Of a stretch of DNA of 64,000 bases, positions 1-10,438 are shown piece by piece (the stretch's first letter is position 1; the number at the start of each line of letters is the position of its first letter). The DNA is from a virus, in IMG/VR virus record IMGVR_UViG_3300029258_005404. The stretch is one strand, 5' to 3'. The notes under the pieces were generated by a model, which did no database searches, was not told the origin of the DNA, and was given only the letters and a program-made list of their open reading frames with translations. The translations under genes and the position numbers were made by a program.

Positions 1-516
1 TCCAAAACTTTTTCGTTTGATAATAAGACATGGTTCGCCATGATACATTCGATATAAAGTATCTTCGGCATGTTTAATAGTTTCGTGTACACCATTTTTG
101 TACATACCAATCCATACTTTATCAGAAAATACACCATCACCCTCATCACCCGCATTAATATATCCAAAAGTTGCTACAAGTAAAGGATCTAATTCTGAAG
201 TTTGTCCATATAAAGCTATTGCCTCAGTTGTTGGGGCGGGGAATTTATCAATCACCATTACTTTGTAATAGCGATCTTTATTGAAGTTATATTGATTGTG
301 CCTATGAGTATAAGAGAGTGGGCCAACAGCCCCATCTATAACGATTGTATCACCATTTTCATCCTGTATTGGTATATATCCGGATTCTGGATCGAAACTC
401 CACCATATCTGAAACTTATAATCGTCAATAGCTTCACCAGGCCCGGGAGTCATGTCCCATTCTATGTAAAACCAATTTTCTTTGGTTTTTACAACCTCGA
501 CAAATGCAAATTCCAT
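1..516 (-). CDS. Partial virion protein, probably head-tail joining/neck; runs off the window start
   Basis: Not in the ORF track. Open frame from ATG at 516 to position 1 (MEFAFVEVVKTKKNWFYIEW...GEPCLIIKRKSFG), preceded by AAGGG. Context downstream of the capsid and adaptor genes. Confidence 0.6.
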   Translation of the reverse strand, partial: MEFAFVEVVKTKENWFYIEWDMTPGPGEAIDDYKFQIWWSFDPESGYIPIQDENGDTIVIDGAVGPLSYTHRHNQYNFNKDRYYKVMVIDKFPAPTTEAIALYGQTSELDPLLVATFGYINAGDEGDGVFSDKVWIGMYKNGVHETIKHAEDTLYRMYHGEPCLIIKRKSFG

Positions 517-606
517 ATATACCCTTTAAGGGATTTGGTAAATCTTTATACAATTTAATGCTATATTTATAATATAGTTAAAAAAACATTATTAACCAAT
601 TATCAA

Positions 607-636
607 AAAGGGGTAGAAAAAGATTCCTACCCCTTT
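607..636 (-). terminator. Intrinsic terminator
   Basis: AAAGGGGTAG/CTACCCCTTT inverted repeat with an A-run (T-run on minus) just downstream of the 669..1451 gene. Confidence 0.7.
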
Positions 637-668
637 ATTATAACTCAATGAGAAAAGTTAGCCAACAA

Positions 669-1451
669 TTAAATTTTTCCCGCCTTTGCCAACTGTATCA
701 TTTTCGCAACAGTCTGAGCATCATACATCTGATTTTCACCAGCACCATTTGCAGGAACTGGTTGCCCAGCCGGTTGTGGGGCTACTTTTGTATTTACAGC
801 TTTACTTCCACCTTCGGGTGGCAAACCTTCTGCTGGTGGTTGTGGTGGAGTTGCGTTTTGTTCAGGAATAATTTGGTCTGCAACAACACCTTCTGGAGTT
901 GATGGGCCAGGAGGAGCGGCAGCGGGCGGAGCACCTTCAGGCCCTGCAGGAACAGCAACAATTCCAGACGGGGCGCCTTCAGCTGAAATAGGAGCCTCTC
1001 CAGGTATACCTTCTGGAGAAATTTCTTCGGCAGAAGCTCCTCCATTCATTGATATGGATGCTTTTTCCGTGACAGAAGCCGCTATTGCCCCTGCAGTTCT
1101 GGCAATAATATCAGCAGCAACCGGATCTCCGCTGACAGCTGCCTGTATAATCTCCGGACCAATAAAAGATTGAGCTGCACGCGCACCAATTGCTTCAGGC
1201 GTATCCATCGGTGCTGCTTCAGCAGGAGCAGGAGGTTGTGCAGCTGCTTCTGCAGGAGCTTGTGCCGACTCGGGTGGGCCAGCCTCTTTTTTCTTTGGCT
1301 TTTCACCATTTTTCTCTTCCTCATCATCATTCACAGGAGGGGCCTCATTAAATTCAGTTGATTCATTTTGTGCCACCTTAAGCAGAAGGTTCCTGAATTT
1401 TTGACTTACTCCTGCAAATTTGGTAATTTCCTCTTCAGTCAAAGGTTTCAT
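669..1451 (-). CDS. Pro/Ala/Glu-rich low-complexity protein in the head module
   Basis: 260 aa ORF with AAGGAG SD; composition; position. Confidence 0.6.
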   Translation of the reverse strand: MKPLTEEEITKFAGVSQKFRNLLLKVAQNESTEFNEAPPVNDDEEEKNGEKPKKKEAGPPESAQAPAEAAAQPPAPAEAAPMDTPEAIGARAAQSFIGPEIIQAAVSGDPVAADIIARTAGAIAASVTEKASISMNGGASAEEISPEGIPGEAPISAEGAPSGIVAVPAGPEGAPPAAAPPGPSTPEGVVADQIIPEQNATPPQPPAEGLPPEGGSKAVNTKVAPQPAGQPVPANGAGENQMYDAQTVAKMIQLAKAGKI

Positions 1452-1465
1452 TTCGACTCCTTTGT

Positions 1466-1945
1466 TTAAAAAATGCTATTCGGATTTAAACTTTTTTCAG
1501 TACCATGAAGTCTGGCATATGGTGAGTAAACTCCTCCCCATCCGCCTTCTATATTTAAAGATATTTTAAGATTTGTATACACTTTAATTTCCATATCAGC
1601 CATTCTATATAATTGTTGCAATAATCTCAGGTATCTATCGCCATCAGACACTTTAACAGTTACACCGCCATTATTATAAGTTAAATCATTTCTTGCCTGA
1701 ACAATACTATTTGATATCAGGCATTCTATTGTTGCCTGATGAACAAGCAATGCCGGTAATGGAAATTGTTCAATTGTAATATTACCTATAAATGGAGGTA
1801 TATAATTAAGAAATCCAAGCGCCATATTTAAATACAAATCAAGTTCATCATCTGTATTTTCATGAATAAATTGAAGAAGCCTATTAAGAGCCTCGTGGTC
1901 CTTAATATAATTTCTTAAAGCTGTTCTATATTCTATTAAAGTCAT
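1466..1945 (-). CDS. Putative head-tail adaptor/connector
   Basis: 159 aa helical protein a few genes downstream of the capsid gene; the DLTYNNGGVTVKVSD segment resembles adaptor proteins. Inference. Confidence 0.5.
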   Translation of the reverse strand: MTLIEYRTALRNYIKDHEALNRLLQFIHENTDDELDLYLNMALGFLNYIPPFIGNITIEQFPLPALLVHQATIECLISNSIVQARNDLTYNNGGVTVKVSDGDRYLRLLQQLYRMADMEIKVYTNLKISLNIEGGWGGVYSPYARLHGTEKSLNPNSIF

Positions 1946-1956
1946 TGTTTACCAGG

Positions 1957-2295
1957 TTACTTTTCTGATTTTTCCTCGATTTTCTCCTCAACTACCTCTT
2001 CTTGTTTTTCTTCAGGCTTTGATTCTTCCAGAATCGGTTTAGTTTTCTTTTTCTTTGGAGGTTTTAATGGCGACTTTTCTTTTTTAGCAGTTTCTATCTT
2101 CTCTTTTGTAGCAACTATATTTTTACTTTTTAAAAATTGATCTTTTGTAACAAAAGATAAGTCAGAATTTGCACTAACCAATAATTCAAGATTTGCATTA
2201 TCTGGTAAAGAGCACATACCATCAGGTATAGTCATCATATTTCCACTTGTATATTTAACAATTTTTACATTCCCTTTATTTAATACAAATTTCAT
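1957..2295 (-). CDS. Hypothetical protein with Lys/Glu-rich tail
   Basis: 112 aa ORF with GAGG SD, in operon. Confidence 0.6.
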   Translation of the reverse strand: MKFVLNKGNVKIVKYTSGNMMTIPDGMCSLPDNANLELLVSANSDLSFVTKDQFLKSKNIVATKEKIETAKKEKSPLKPPKKKKTKPILEESKPEEKQEEVVEEKIEEKSEK

Positions 2296-2304
2296 AATGA
2301 CCTC

Positions 2305-2739
2305 TTAAGAATTTTCTAATACATAACGATATTTGTTTTGACTCTTAGCGGCAGCAAGCACATCTTTGATAAGTTTATCTTTTTTATCAGCCCATTTTAA
2401 ATCGATATCAAGAAGCTCTTCACCAATCTCCATAATACGTTTTTTAGTCATACCTTCAAGAGATTCTTTAAGCTCTTTTCGATCCACGGCCAACTGTTTT
2501 TTATCTGGCTGCACAGGTTTTGTTTCTTTTTTAACCGGACTCTTCTTGCTTTTTGAATCTATTTTTTTTGGCTTAATATTTGTATTATCATCAACCAAAC
2601 GCATGAATGCAGCATTTCCACCAAGATGTCTTACATCAGTTGAATCAAGATCAACCCTTTCACCAGGGGCGATCCAGCGTTTTACACGACGCACAGCGAC
2701 GAGTTTGCGAACCTTCGCAATATTCTCATATAACGCCAT
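2305..2739 (-). CDS. Capsid-module protein with C-terminal HeH/Rho-N-like domain
   Basis: C-terminal LEGMTKKRIMEIGEELLDIDLKWADKKDKLIKDVL fits the helix-extension-helix pattern; N-terminus is paralogous to the next gene. Confidence 0.55.
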   Translation of the reverse strand: MALYENIAKVRKLVAVRRVKRWIAPGERVDLDSTDVRHLGGNAAFMRLVDDNTNIKPKKIDSKSKKSPVKKETKPVQPDKKQLAVDRKELKESLEGMTKKRIMEIGEELLDIDLKWADKKDKLIKDVLAAAKSQNKYRYVLENS

Positions 2740-2790
2740 GAGTAACTCCTTTATTAATAGTATACAATTTTTCTATTCAGTTTTTTATAT

Positions 2791-3330
2791 TTAATCGTTA
2801 TTTTCTGATTCTTTTGTTTCCTCAACAAGCTTAGGGTCGCTTAACCCCGCTAATCCTTCTATTTCTTCCCGTTCCCCGGCGGTGTCGGCGGTATCGGCGG
2901 GTTCCGGTCCACTGGGTTCGTCGGTTAGTCCTTCGGCCTCTTCGGTTTGTTGTGCTTCTTCATTTTCTTCATCGACCTTTTCATCACCCTCAGTGTTATT
3001 ATATTCTTCAGGCCTTTTCGAATCTTGAACCCGCTCAGTTTCAGTATTCTCACTTTGTTCATCAGGGACCCCTTCTGCTGATTCCGTTTCAGTTATACCA
3101 GATTCTGTTTCAGGTGTTTTAAAATCTGGCACTTGAGTATTATTATCATTTGCCCCTTTTACTGTTTTATTTTCAGGCCTGTTATCAAGGCTTTCAAAAA
3201 ATCTTAATGCCGAACTTGAGTGCAGAACGTCAGCTTGGTCAAGATTAACAATTTCACCAGGTTGTACTGGTCTTTTTACCCTTCTTTTCACAACATATTT
3301 AATGCTATCTGATTTATTTACGAAACGCAT
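2791..3330 (-). CDS. Acidic capsid-module protein; start probably MRFVNK at 3330
   Basis: VKRRVKRPVQPGEIVNLD resembles VRRVKRWIAPGERVDLD of 2305..2739. The longer track start at 3381 lies inside a terminator hairpin. Confidence 0.6.
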   Translation of the reverse strand: MRFVNKSDSIKYVVKRRVKRPVQPGEIVNLDQADVLHSSSALRFFESLDNRPENKTVKGANDNNTQVPDFKTPETESGITETESAEGVPDEQSENTETERVQDSKRPEEYNNTEGDEKVDEENEEAQQTEEAEGLTDEPSGPEPADTADTAGEREEIEGLAGLSDPKLVEETKESENND

Positions 3331-3365
3331 TTCCCTAACCCTCCGCGATAGATGTTTATTTAGAG

Positions 3366-3397
3366 AAAAGGCCCAGCCCAACTCCTGGGCAGGGCCT
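3366..3397 (-). terminator. Intrinsic terminator after the major capsid gene
   Basis: On minus, AGGCCCTGCCCAGGAGTTGGGCTGGGCCTTTT forms a GC hairpin followed by a T-run. Confidence 0.75.
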
Positions 3398-3430
3398 CAA
3401 TGACTATAATGAAAAAACCTCTTCTCAGAC

Positions 3431-4456
3431 TTATATTGTCAGTCCGGCATAGTAATTGGTAATATTAGCTGTAACCGTACCATCTGACGAAATGGTAAGA
3501 TCAGTTGAACCACCCGGGTTAACTGCGCTTGTCAGTGTCAGAAGTGCGGTTGAAAGAGCATTACCAATACCAGTAGCAATTGATTCTTTGGTTTGCCATT
3601 CGATGAGGCCGAAATTTGATTTAATTTCAAAACTCGGATCACCAAGGGCAAAATTATGACCAAGAAAATCAGGTGTGGTAAAGGCCCAGATATGGCCGAC
3701 AGGAAGAAGATCGCTTTTGATTGTTTTCACAACCTTTGTTCCGTATAAAGTGTCGGAAGTAATACCGTGAAGAACACGATCTTTACCAAAATCGTCACCA
3801 GCACCCGGCAGAAATACTGCAGTTTCAAATGCTTCCTGGCACATCAAAAGACATGCAACTTCTTTTCTCTTTGCGTCGGAACCATTAATTCCTGAAGCAA
3901 GAGTATTTTTCAGTTTTACAAAATCACCCGTTGCAAGCGTTAAAGCTGTAGTTCCAGCAGAATCAACAGCTTTTTGTGAACCGGCAGCAGCAACTGAAAG
4001 TGATGCGCCACACAGGCGAAGAAAATAAGTGTCCTCAAGTTTTTCGAGAACAGGAACTGATTTATCCTCGATACGCTTTGTGATTTTGTATTGATAGGCC
4101 CGAAGGTCTTCAACAGTAATCTGAAAACGTTTGGTCACAAAATTAATAACCGGTATAATATACCGTTCGCCTTTGACGTACTGGCCGTCAGGCTCACCCA
4201 GATTATCAACTGCAACAGCAGCTGCATCGGGCTCTATGTCACGAATCAGATACAGAGAATTGTCATTAACATTCCTCTGACAGTCCGCAACAGTAATTGG
4301 TTCCTGCGGGATTATGGCACGAGTAAACGCGGCTTCCTGCAGCTCAGTTTTCACATACTGGCGACCGGCTTCCGAAAGCTGTGCCTGGCCCTCAAGAGTA
4401 CTGACCTTTTCAAGAAAGGCCTCATTACTTTGCATGGCCGTTACATGGTCTAACAT
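3431..4456 (-). CDS. Major capsid protein (HK97-like fold)
   Basis: 341 aa, downstream of protease, scaffold-like and decoration genes, followed by a terminator; size and sequence pattern fit a capsid protein. Confidence 0.8.
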   Translation of the reverse strand: MLDHVTAMQSNEAFLEKVSTLEGQAQLSEAGRQYVKTELQEAAFTRAIIPQEPITVADCQRNVNDNSLYLIRDIEPDAAAVAVDNLGEPDGQYVKGERYIIPVINFVTKRFQITVEDLRAYQYKITKRIEDKSVPVLEKLEDTYFLRLCGASLSVAAAGSQKAVDSAGTTALTLATGDFVKLKNTLASGINGSDAKRKEVACLLMCQEAFETAVFLPGAGDDFGKDRVLHGITSDTLYGTKVVKTIKSDLLPVGHIWAFTTPDFLGHNFALGDPSFEIKSNFGLIEWQTKESIATGIGNALSTALLTLTSAVNPGGSTDLTISSDGTVTANITNYYAGLTI

Positions 4457-4541
4457 AGTTTACTCCTACTTTGAGTAGTTTTGAATAGTTTTTTTTAAAG
4501 AGCTGGTATTATCCAGCCCAGATATTTCAACAAATTAGCTA

Positions 4542-5015
4542 TTAAGTAGCTGTATATACTGCTACAGACCCAGGTGATAACGTTCTGAAGATAATATAAC
4601 CATCAGTAGTATTCACCTCTTCTGCACGAGCGACAACTTCATAGTCACCAGCGGCTTCAGTCTCATTGGTAACACCAACCAGCTTTCCTTCCTGACCGGT
4701 TTTGGTGGAAACAATCAAATCCTCACCAACAACCACTGTTCCAGCATACCCTTCAGAGTCAACTTTACAACGGACGCCAAAAGATTCTACAGTGGTGATG
4801 CGGCCAACACTTACATCATGAGATTCATAAATGTTGTCTGAAGCGTTTCCGATAACGAGTTTATTCATTGCCCCGGGCGTATCTGTGGTTATATTCTTAA
4901 TACTACCATCAGTATCAAGCTCCGCCCAAATACCAGGGACAGCAACGAAATTGTCAGGATCGATTTTGCGTGATACACGCTCGATCTTGTTCATGAGAGT
5001 TAAAATCTCAAGCAT
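4542..5015 (-). CDS. Putative capsid decoration/cement protein
   Basis: 157 aa, beta-rich and Gly/Val/Thr-rich, immediately upstream of the capsid gene. Confidence 0.55.
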   Translation of the reverse strand: MLEILTLMNKIERVSRKIDPDNFVAVPGIWAELDTDGSIKNITTDTPGAMNKLVIGNASDNIYESHDVSVGRITTVESFGVRCKVDSEGYAGTVVVGEDLIVSTKTGQEGKLVGVTNETEAAGDYEVVARAEEVNTTDGYIIFRTLSPGSVAVYTAT

Positions 5016-5039
5016 TTCAATGCTCCTTGTTAATGGTGA

Positions 5040-5543
5040 TTAGAGAACGCCGTCAAACATCCCCCTCTTCCCGGAAGAAGATGGAAGTTCGTTTGCGACT
5101 TTATCAAAGATCATACTTTCTCCTTCACCGCTTTGAGCAATTTTAATTGCCTCTTTAATTACTTCAAGACCTTTTTCATCTTTTTTCATTAATTCAGCAA
5201 TTTTTTCTTCGGCATCACACTCGTCTGAAACCAAACCTGAATGAATCAGGTCATCCAGAATTAACCGAACTTGGGCCGCCTTTTCCAACCCAGAATTTCG
5301 CTCGTTCACGGAATTAAGAGATTCCGTTACATATGCTAAACAATCAGAGGCTATTTTCATAATTTCCTGAACTGAAGTGTACACTTTCTCATTACAAGGA
5401 AATGATGCCACTTTAGCCAAGCCATCAGAAATTTTTTTAGCCTCTTCTGCAGTATAGCTTTCAGAAGCTGTTTTTTCAGTGGTAGGTTGATTCGAAGCAA
5501 GATGCTTCAAAATCAACTCACCAAAATTTTTATTAAAGACCAT
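5040..5543 (-). CDS. Head assembly protein with repeated KxA motifs
   Basis: 167 aa; EKTAS, AKVAS, MKIAS, EKAAQ motifs; AAGGAGG SD. Confidence 0.6.
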   Translation of the reverse strand: MVFNKNFGELILKHLASNQPTTEKTASESYTAEEAKKISDGLAKVASFPCNEKVYTSVQEIMKIASDCLAYVTESLNSVNERNSGLEKAAQVRLILDDLIHSGLVSDECDAEEKIAELMKKDEKGLEVIKEAIKIAQSGEGESMIFDKVANELPSSSGKRGMFDGVL

Positions 5544-5555
5544 TAAGGCCTCCTT

Positions 5556-6566
5556 TTAAAGAAGACCTTTTTCCTTCAGCGTCCTTACCGACTCAGTTAC
5601 CTTTTCATCCTTCATCAGCTCGGCAATTTTTGTTTGCTCATCAGTCTTTGATTCAGTTTCTGGAGTTTCATTACCTGCTTTTTTCTCCATCAATTCGGTA
5701 ATAGCAGCAACAAAATTCTGAGCATCTTCACGACCTTGAGCCTCAGCGTCTTCTGCTTCTTTTTCCATTTCGAGAGCTTGATAAGCAGCGCCAATAATAT
5801 CTTCGCGGGTAAGCTGCTCTTTGTTGGCAATCTTTGCAAGATAATCAACAGATTCACCTGCTTCTTTTGTCATACCCTCATCCTTGATATTATAGCCTTC
5901 AAGGAGACCAGCTGTCTTCAATAGAGTAAGCGCTTCAGTGTACTCCTGATCCTGTGCGGATTTTTCAAGATGCTTTTGAAAGCTTTCAGCTATCTTAATA
6001 CCAATAGCATTTGCTTCAGCAGCAGTCTTTTCACTCATAGATCCCCCTGTATCTGAGGCAGCCGCTGCAACAGCCGCTGGAGTTCTATGAAGATTGTTGG
6101 CATCAGTAACCACACCGTCACCGGCTGATATTGCAGTACCTTCATTTGGTTTGGTTGCCGCAGGCTGTTCGCCAGCCGTTGCTTCGGCATTGTTTCCACC
6201 AGCGATTTCTGTCTGAGGAGTGGCAACACCTTCAGTTGCAGCCACTACAGCCGGGGCCGCACCGGCAACACTTGAATCTGCAGGTTGAACCTCACCTTCT
6301 GCTGCCGGGGCAGAAGTATCAGATACAGAAGCTCCAGCACCAGCACCACCCGGAGCCTTTTTCTCACCACCGGTTTCAGGCGGAGTTGCTTCAGCAGTTT
6401 TCTCTTCGCCAATGCCGAGTTCCTGTGCTAACTTGTCAAGTAAAGAGCCTTCTCCTGCTTTTGGGGCAGAAGCGGTCTTTTCCTGACCAGACTCGACAAT
6501 GCTGAGATGATCCTCAAAACTTGTCTTGTTTCTGGGACTCATGTATAACCTCCATTGGTTAAACAA
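5556..6566 (-). CDS. Scaffold-like acidic Ala-rich protein; start may be MSPRNK near 6542
   Basis: Lies between protease and capsid genes; acidic, helical, with many EKTA/KxA motifs. Confidence 0.6.
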   Translation of the reverse strand: MFNQWRLYMSPRNKTSFEDHLSIVESGQEKTASAPKAGEGSLLDKLAQELGIGEEKTAEATPPETGGEKKAPGGAGAGASVSDTSAPAAEGEVQPADSSVAGAAPAVVAATEGVATPQTEIAGGNNAEATAGEQPAATKPNEGTAISAGDGVVTDANNLHRTPAAVAAAASDTGGSMSEKTAAEANAIGIKIAESFQKHLEKSAQDQEYTEALTLLKTAGLLEGYNIKDEGMTKEAGESVDYLAKIANKEQLTREDIIGAAYQALEMEKEAEDAEAQGREDAQNFVAAITELMEKKAGNETPETESKTDEQTKIAELMKDEKVTESVRTLKEKGLL

Positions 6567-6666
6567 ATAGGATTATTGTCAATTGCATGTTTAATAACAA
6601 TATAAGTTCATGATATATCGAATGCAATATTTTTCCCTATACTAAATATAATTAAATTATATAGTT

Positions 6667-8460
6667 TTAATTAATTTCAAACAACTTTTTTTTCAATATT
6701 TCAGAGTTAATTTCATCTAACCAGAATTTATTATTAAACTGTTGATTAGAAAAAATTATACTTCCAGTTTTACAAAATGCGCTTTGATTATATGAATTAA
6801 TTATATATGAGTTTGGAAGCGCTATTGCTTCAGCTAATGTATTAAACGCTGACTGTTTAACCATCTTTCCTGAAAAATTAGTATTTTGAAGAATATTTTC
6901 ATAATTAACAGCCGGACCAAGCATAGGATTTGTATTTCCTGATTTATTTATTTCTTCAAATATTTTGTACATTACTCCGCCGCCAATGATAGATCGCAAC
7001 CATGGCTTTTTAGTAAATATTTCAGCAAGTTGTTTTGGTCCATATCCTTTTGCTTTTAATTTTAATCCGGCATAAAGTGCCGCAAGCCCGGAAAGAACTG
7101 CCGCAGGAGTTCCTATTTTCAATTCTTTTTTAGGCTCTTCCCATGGAAGGTCTTGTGAAGCAGCTTCTTTGAGCATTGCTATAGAAAGTCTTGGTCGCAG
7201 CAATGACGGAAAGCAACTTCTTTTTTCCAGACAAAATGCAAACGATTTTGCAAGAGCATCATCGTAATATTTATTCGATATGTCTATATATTGTGGTTCG
7301 ACTTCACTGCGATAATCAAATATGGTACCCTGTTTCTCCAATTCGTCAGCAAGTGATTTTTTGCCAATACGTATTAGAACTATTCTTTGAAACTCATCTG
7401 GTTTTGGATGTATACCAAGTCCTAATATAGTAGATAATATTTTACTTAATGGATGAGTAGCCGCAACAGAGTCTAATAAATTATTTGGAATTTTTGGCTC
7501 TGCAGCAATGACTTTATTCATTTTTTCATCAAGGGCTTTTCTTATGACAGTTGAGTTATCTATAGGTTTCATTGTCCCATCGATATCATCTTTTCCAAGT
7601 GCGCCAACCTCTTTATCTATATCACTTTCTTTATTCACAGAAGAAATTTTATCAAACATATCATCTGTTACACCATATGCGTCAGCAAGATATGCTGACG
7701 GTATAATAATACTTGCAGATGCGGCTTTTCCAAGAATAAAAGAGGTTCTATCTGCCCCTATATACACTCTTGATAAATCAAAAAATCTTGGAAAATCGTT
7801 CCATGCAAAAACCATTGTTCCTGGAAGTATAGTTTTACCAAGCTCTTTAGACCATAGTGCAGCAAGCTCAGGAGTTACTATTTGCCCCATATAATTTTTA
7901 AGATGTTTACAATATGCGTCTTTTGTTTTTGATTTATTATCACATATATTACAACGATCATACTTTACTCTACAACCCATCGACACTGCGACAGGTTCAC
8001 CATTCTCAAGGGCAGTAACAATATCAGCAGCTTTGACCACATCAATTGCCACTATAAGTTCGACACGATGAAGAACAGGGTTCCAGTGAGCAAATATAAT
8101 TTCACCAAACGATCGGCTCGGATCCTTATTTACATGATGTTTATAGAATTTTGCATAGTATTCAAAGGTTTTATACCCATAATCATTTGCAGTATTCATG
8201 TCAGTACGCAATGATTTATGGGAAAGCCCGGTCTCCGGAAACGCATCGCCGTTACGATTTGCACCCCAAACCTCATAAGATCCAAGTGCATTAATTACAA
8301 CATAATAACGCTCCGGCTTACGTTTAAGGTTAAGAATAACCTTCATTAATTCCGGAGCGTAATTACTCGCTGCAGTTTTATTGAGATGCATAATTGAATT
8401 AACCGGGACGATATGGTTCCCGGTCTCATCAATAGAATCATATTGGATATATTTAATCAT
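6667..8460 (-). CDS. Prohead maturation protease with Zn-ribbon and long C-terminal extension
   Basis: His motif FYKHHVNKD and Ser motif VAVSMGC fit the HK97/herpes-type prohead protease pattern, followed by CNIC...CKH; located upstream of scaffold and capsid genes. Confidence 0.7.
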   Translation of the reverse strand: MIKYIQYDSIDETGNHIVPVNSIMHLNKTAASNYAPELMKVILNLKRKPERYYVVINALGSYEVWGANRNGDAFPETGLSHKSLRTDMNTANDYGYKTFEYYAKFYKHHVNKDPSRSFGEIIFAHWNPVLHRVELIVAIDVVKAADIVTALENGEPVAVSMGCRVKYDRCNICDNKSKTKDAYCKHLKNYMGQIVTPELAALWSKELGKTILPGTMVFAWNDFPRFFDLSRVYIGADRTSFILGKAASASIIIPSAYLADAYGVTDDMFDKISSVNKESDIDKEVGALGKDDIDGTMKPIDNSTVIRKALDEKMNKVIAAEPKIPNNLLDSVAATHPLSKILSTILGLGIHPKPDEFQRIVLIRIGKKSLADELEKQGTIFDYRSEVEPQYIDISNKYYDDALAKSFAFCLEKRSCFPSLLRPRLSIAMLKEAASQDLPWEEPKKELKIGTPAAVLSGLAALYAGLKLKAKGYGPKQLAEIFTKKPWLRSIIGGGVMYKIFEEINKSGNTNPMLGPAVNYENILQNTNFSGKMVKQSAFNTLAEAIALPNSYIINSYNQSAFCKTGSIIFSNQQFNNKFWLDEINSEILKKKLFEIN

Positions 8461-8476
8461 ACTGTGCTACCAACAT

Positions 8477-9061
8477 TTAGTCTTTATATTTTTCAATCAG
8501 CTTTTTAGCGCCAGAGCCATAGCCTCTGATTGCTCCACCGTAATACCCAGCAAGACCTGCGCCAATAGCTCCTGCAGCCGCACCAGCTTTACCACTTTTT
8601 CTTAGAGCTTTTGCCGCTAACGCCCCTATACCAGCACCAGCACCTGCCCCAGCGGCTCCGCCAACAATCCCTCCAGCAAGAACTCTACCACTAACAGTGC
8701 CCATTGTATGGCCAAGTGCTTTTGGTTGAGATATTGTTTTACCAGTATGTTTCTTGACAAATTTCTGAGTGCCCACAGCTGACCCTTTTAATGATCCAGC
8801 CAATGATCCTGCATACCCAGCACCAATAGCGCCAGCAAGAGCCCCAGCCCGACCACTGCGCTTTAAAGCTTTTGCCGCTAACGATCCAATTGCAGCACCA
8901 GCTCCAGCCCCTGCAGCTCCACCTGCTAGGCTGTATCCAAAAGATCTGGGCATAACATGTCCAGCAAAGCTAAGTCCAGCCTTTGTCTTTGTCATTCCAT
9001 CTTTGGCTATTTTTTGAAGCTCATCTTCAAACGCAGCATTGTAAATGTCTTGCGGTGTCAT
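8477..9061 (-). CDS. Gly/Ala-rich basic virion protein, AFxDELxKIA family
   Basis: N-terminal YNAAFEDELQKIA; internally duplicated GAAGAGAGAxIGxLAAKAL...G repeat. Confidence 0.65.
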   Translation of the reverse strand: MTPQDIYNAAFEDELQKIAKDGMTKTKAGLSFAGHVMPRSFGYSLAGGAAGAGAGAAIGSLAAKALKRSGRAGALAGAIGAGYAGSLAGSLKGSAVGTQKFVKKHTGKTISQPKALGHTMGTVSGRVLAGGIVGGAAGAGAGAGIGALAAKALRKSGKAGAAAGAIGAGLAGYYGGAIRGYGSGAKKLIEKYKD

Positions 9062-9151
9062 TTTTTTTTACTCCTATGTTAAAAGTTCAATTTTTAATTT
9101 CTGTTTTAGTCATTTTTTTTAAGGTTTTACTCCAGACAATATTAAAAAATA

Positions 9152-9514
9152 CTATTCTTTATTATAAACATTAACACTTGAAGATGATGCAGCAGCCTGT
9201 TCAAGTGCTGCTTTTCTTTCTTGCTGTTTTTCATAAGCCGATTTTAAATCTGGATATTGTCTTGCAAGATTTTTTACAGCCTCATCATGTGTAACAGATG
9301 TCATAACAGCCGCTGGAATAACACCAGTTAAAAATGGATGCCTGAGAACAAAACTTTTTTCTTTAGCGGCATCAAGAATACCTTGAGCAACTTCTATCTG
9401 TTCCGGAGAAAATATAGTTCCCAACCTATCTTCAACAGCATTAACATTTAAAAATGCTATCTTTTCAAGCTCATCTTCAAAAGCTGCCTGGTAAACCTCA
9501 TCATAGATATTCAT
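9152..9514 (-). CDS. AFxDELxKIA family protein
   Basis: N-terminal YQAAFEDELEKIA. Confidence 0.65.
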   Translation of the reverse strand: MNIYDEVYQAAFEDELEKIAFLNVNAVEDRLGTIFSPEQIEVAQGILDAAKEKSFVLRHPFLTGVIPAAVMTSVTHDEAVKNLARQYPDLKSAYEKQQERKAALEQAAASSSSVNVYNKE

Positions 9515-9527
9515 ACTATATTCCTTA

Positions 9528-9833
9528 TTATGTTAAAGGGTGTATAACAGGTTTCTGTTTAATGACAGATGCAATATCTTTTTCATTTTTTGTATTATCA
9601 GCAATTTGTTGTAATAAATCAGTTTGACCTTTCATAATTTTACGCTTACGCATTTCACTGGTTATATTATACAAATCATGAACCTTATTTGCAATACCAA
9701 GCGTCGCAGCACCGGCCCCGAGCAGACCTAGGGTATAAATAGGATACCTTATCTCTTTTGGTCCAGTCGCGAGAAGGTATTTAATAACCTTTCCACCAAC
9801 ACCAATTTTTTCAAATCCACTTAATGGTATCAT
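9528..9833 (-). CDS. Small protein with one hydrophobic segment
   Basis: 101 aa; YTLGLLGAGAATLGIA; coupled to the upstream gene. Confidence 0.6.
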   Translation of the reverse strand: MIPLSGFEKIGVGGKVIKYLLATGPKEIRYPIYTLGLLGAGAATLGIANKVHDLYNITSEMRKRKIMKGQTDLLQQIADNTKNEKDIASVIKQKPVIHPLT

Positions 9834-10438
9834 TATTTTTCCTTACTTAATTGAAAACCGGTAATCTGCTTGTTCTCGTCAAATTCTACAGTTGTTTTCT
9901 CAGATGGGATTATTGGAGTTGCCACAGCTTTACTAACAGATTCGACAACCGTTGGAGCAACTTTTGGTTGTGGCATACCGGCCTGAATTGCAGATAGATC
10001 CTGTACCAATTTATGATCAACACCGCCAAATTGCATCATTTTATTAACCAGAGCGCCGGCGACTAAAGGATTGGAGGCTGCTTTTGGAGAAAATGTTTTA
10101 ACTACATTGAAATAATCCTTCATTTGTTCTTGATCGGCTTCAGCAAGCTGTGGAATTTTTTTCTGCATTATTTTAAATGATGTGTTTATTTTATTTTTTT
10201 CAACCAGTGGATCGACAATTAATTCTTTTCCACCGATACCTATTGCTCCAAGATAAGCAATCGGTTTTAAAATATTAATTATTTCAGCATGGTCTGGAAG
10301 TTTTTTTCCGACCGTCTTAAGACTATCCATGAGTGTTTTAAATTTGAATGCAACTTTACACAGCTCGCCATGTTCTTCTCTGGTTATATTGCCTTTTTTA
10401 AGCAAGCTGTCTGCTGCTATTTTTATTCTATTTTCCAT
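9833..10438 (-). CDS. Hypothetical virion-associated protein
   Basis: 201 aa with AAGGAG SD; KIAA/KVAF motifs. Confidence 0.6.
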   Translation of the reverse strand: MENRIKIAADSLLKKGNITREEHGELCKVAFKFKTLMDSLKTVGKKLPDHAEIINILKPIAYLGAIGIGGKELIVDPLVEKNKINTSFKIMQKKIPQLAEADQEQMKDYFNVVKTFSPKAASNPLVAGALVNKMMQFGGVDHKLVQDLSAIQAGMPQPKVAPTVVESVSKAVATPIIPSEKTTVEFDENKQITGFQLSKEK

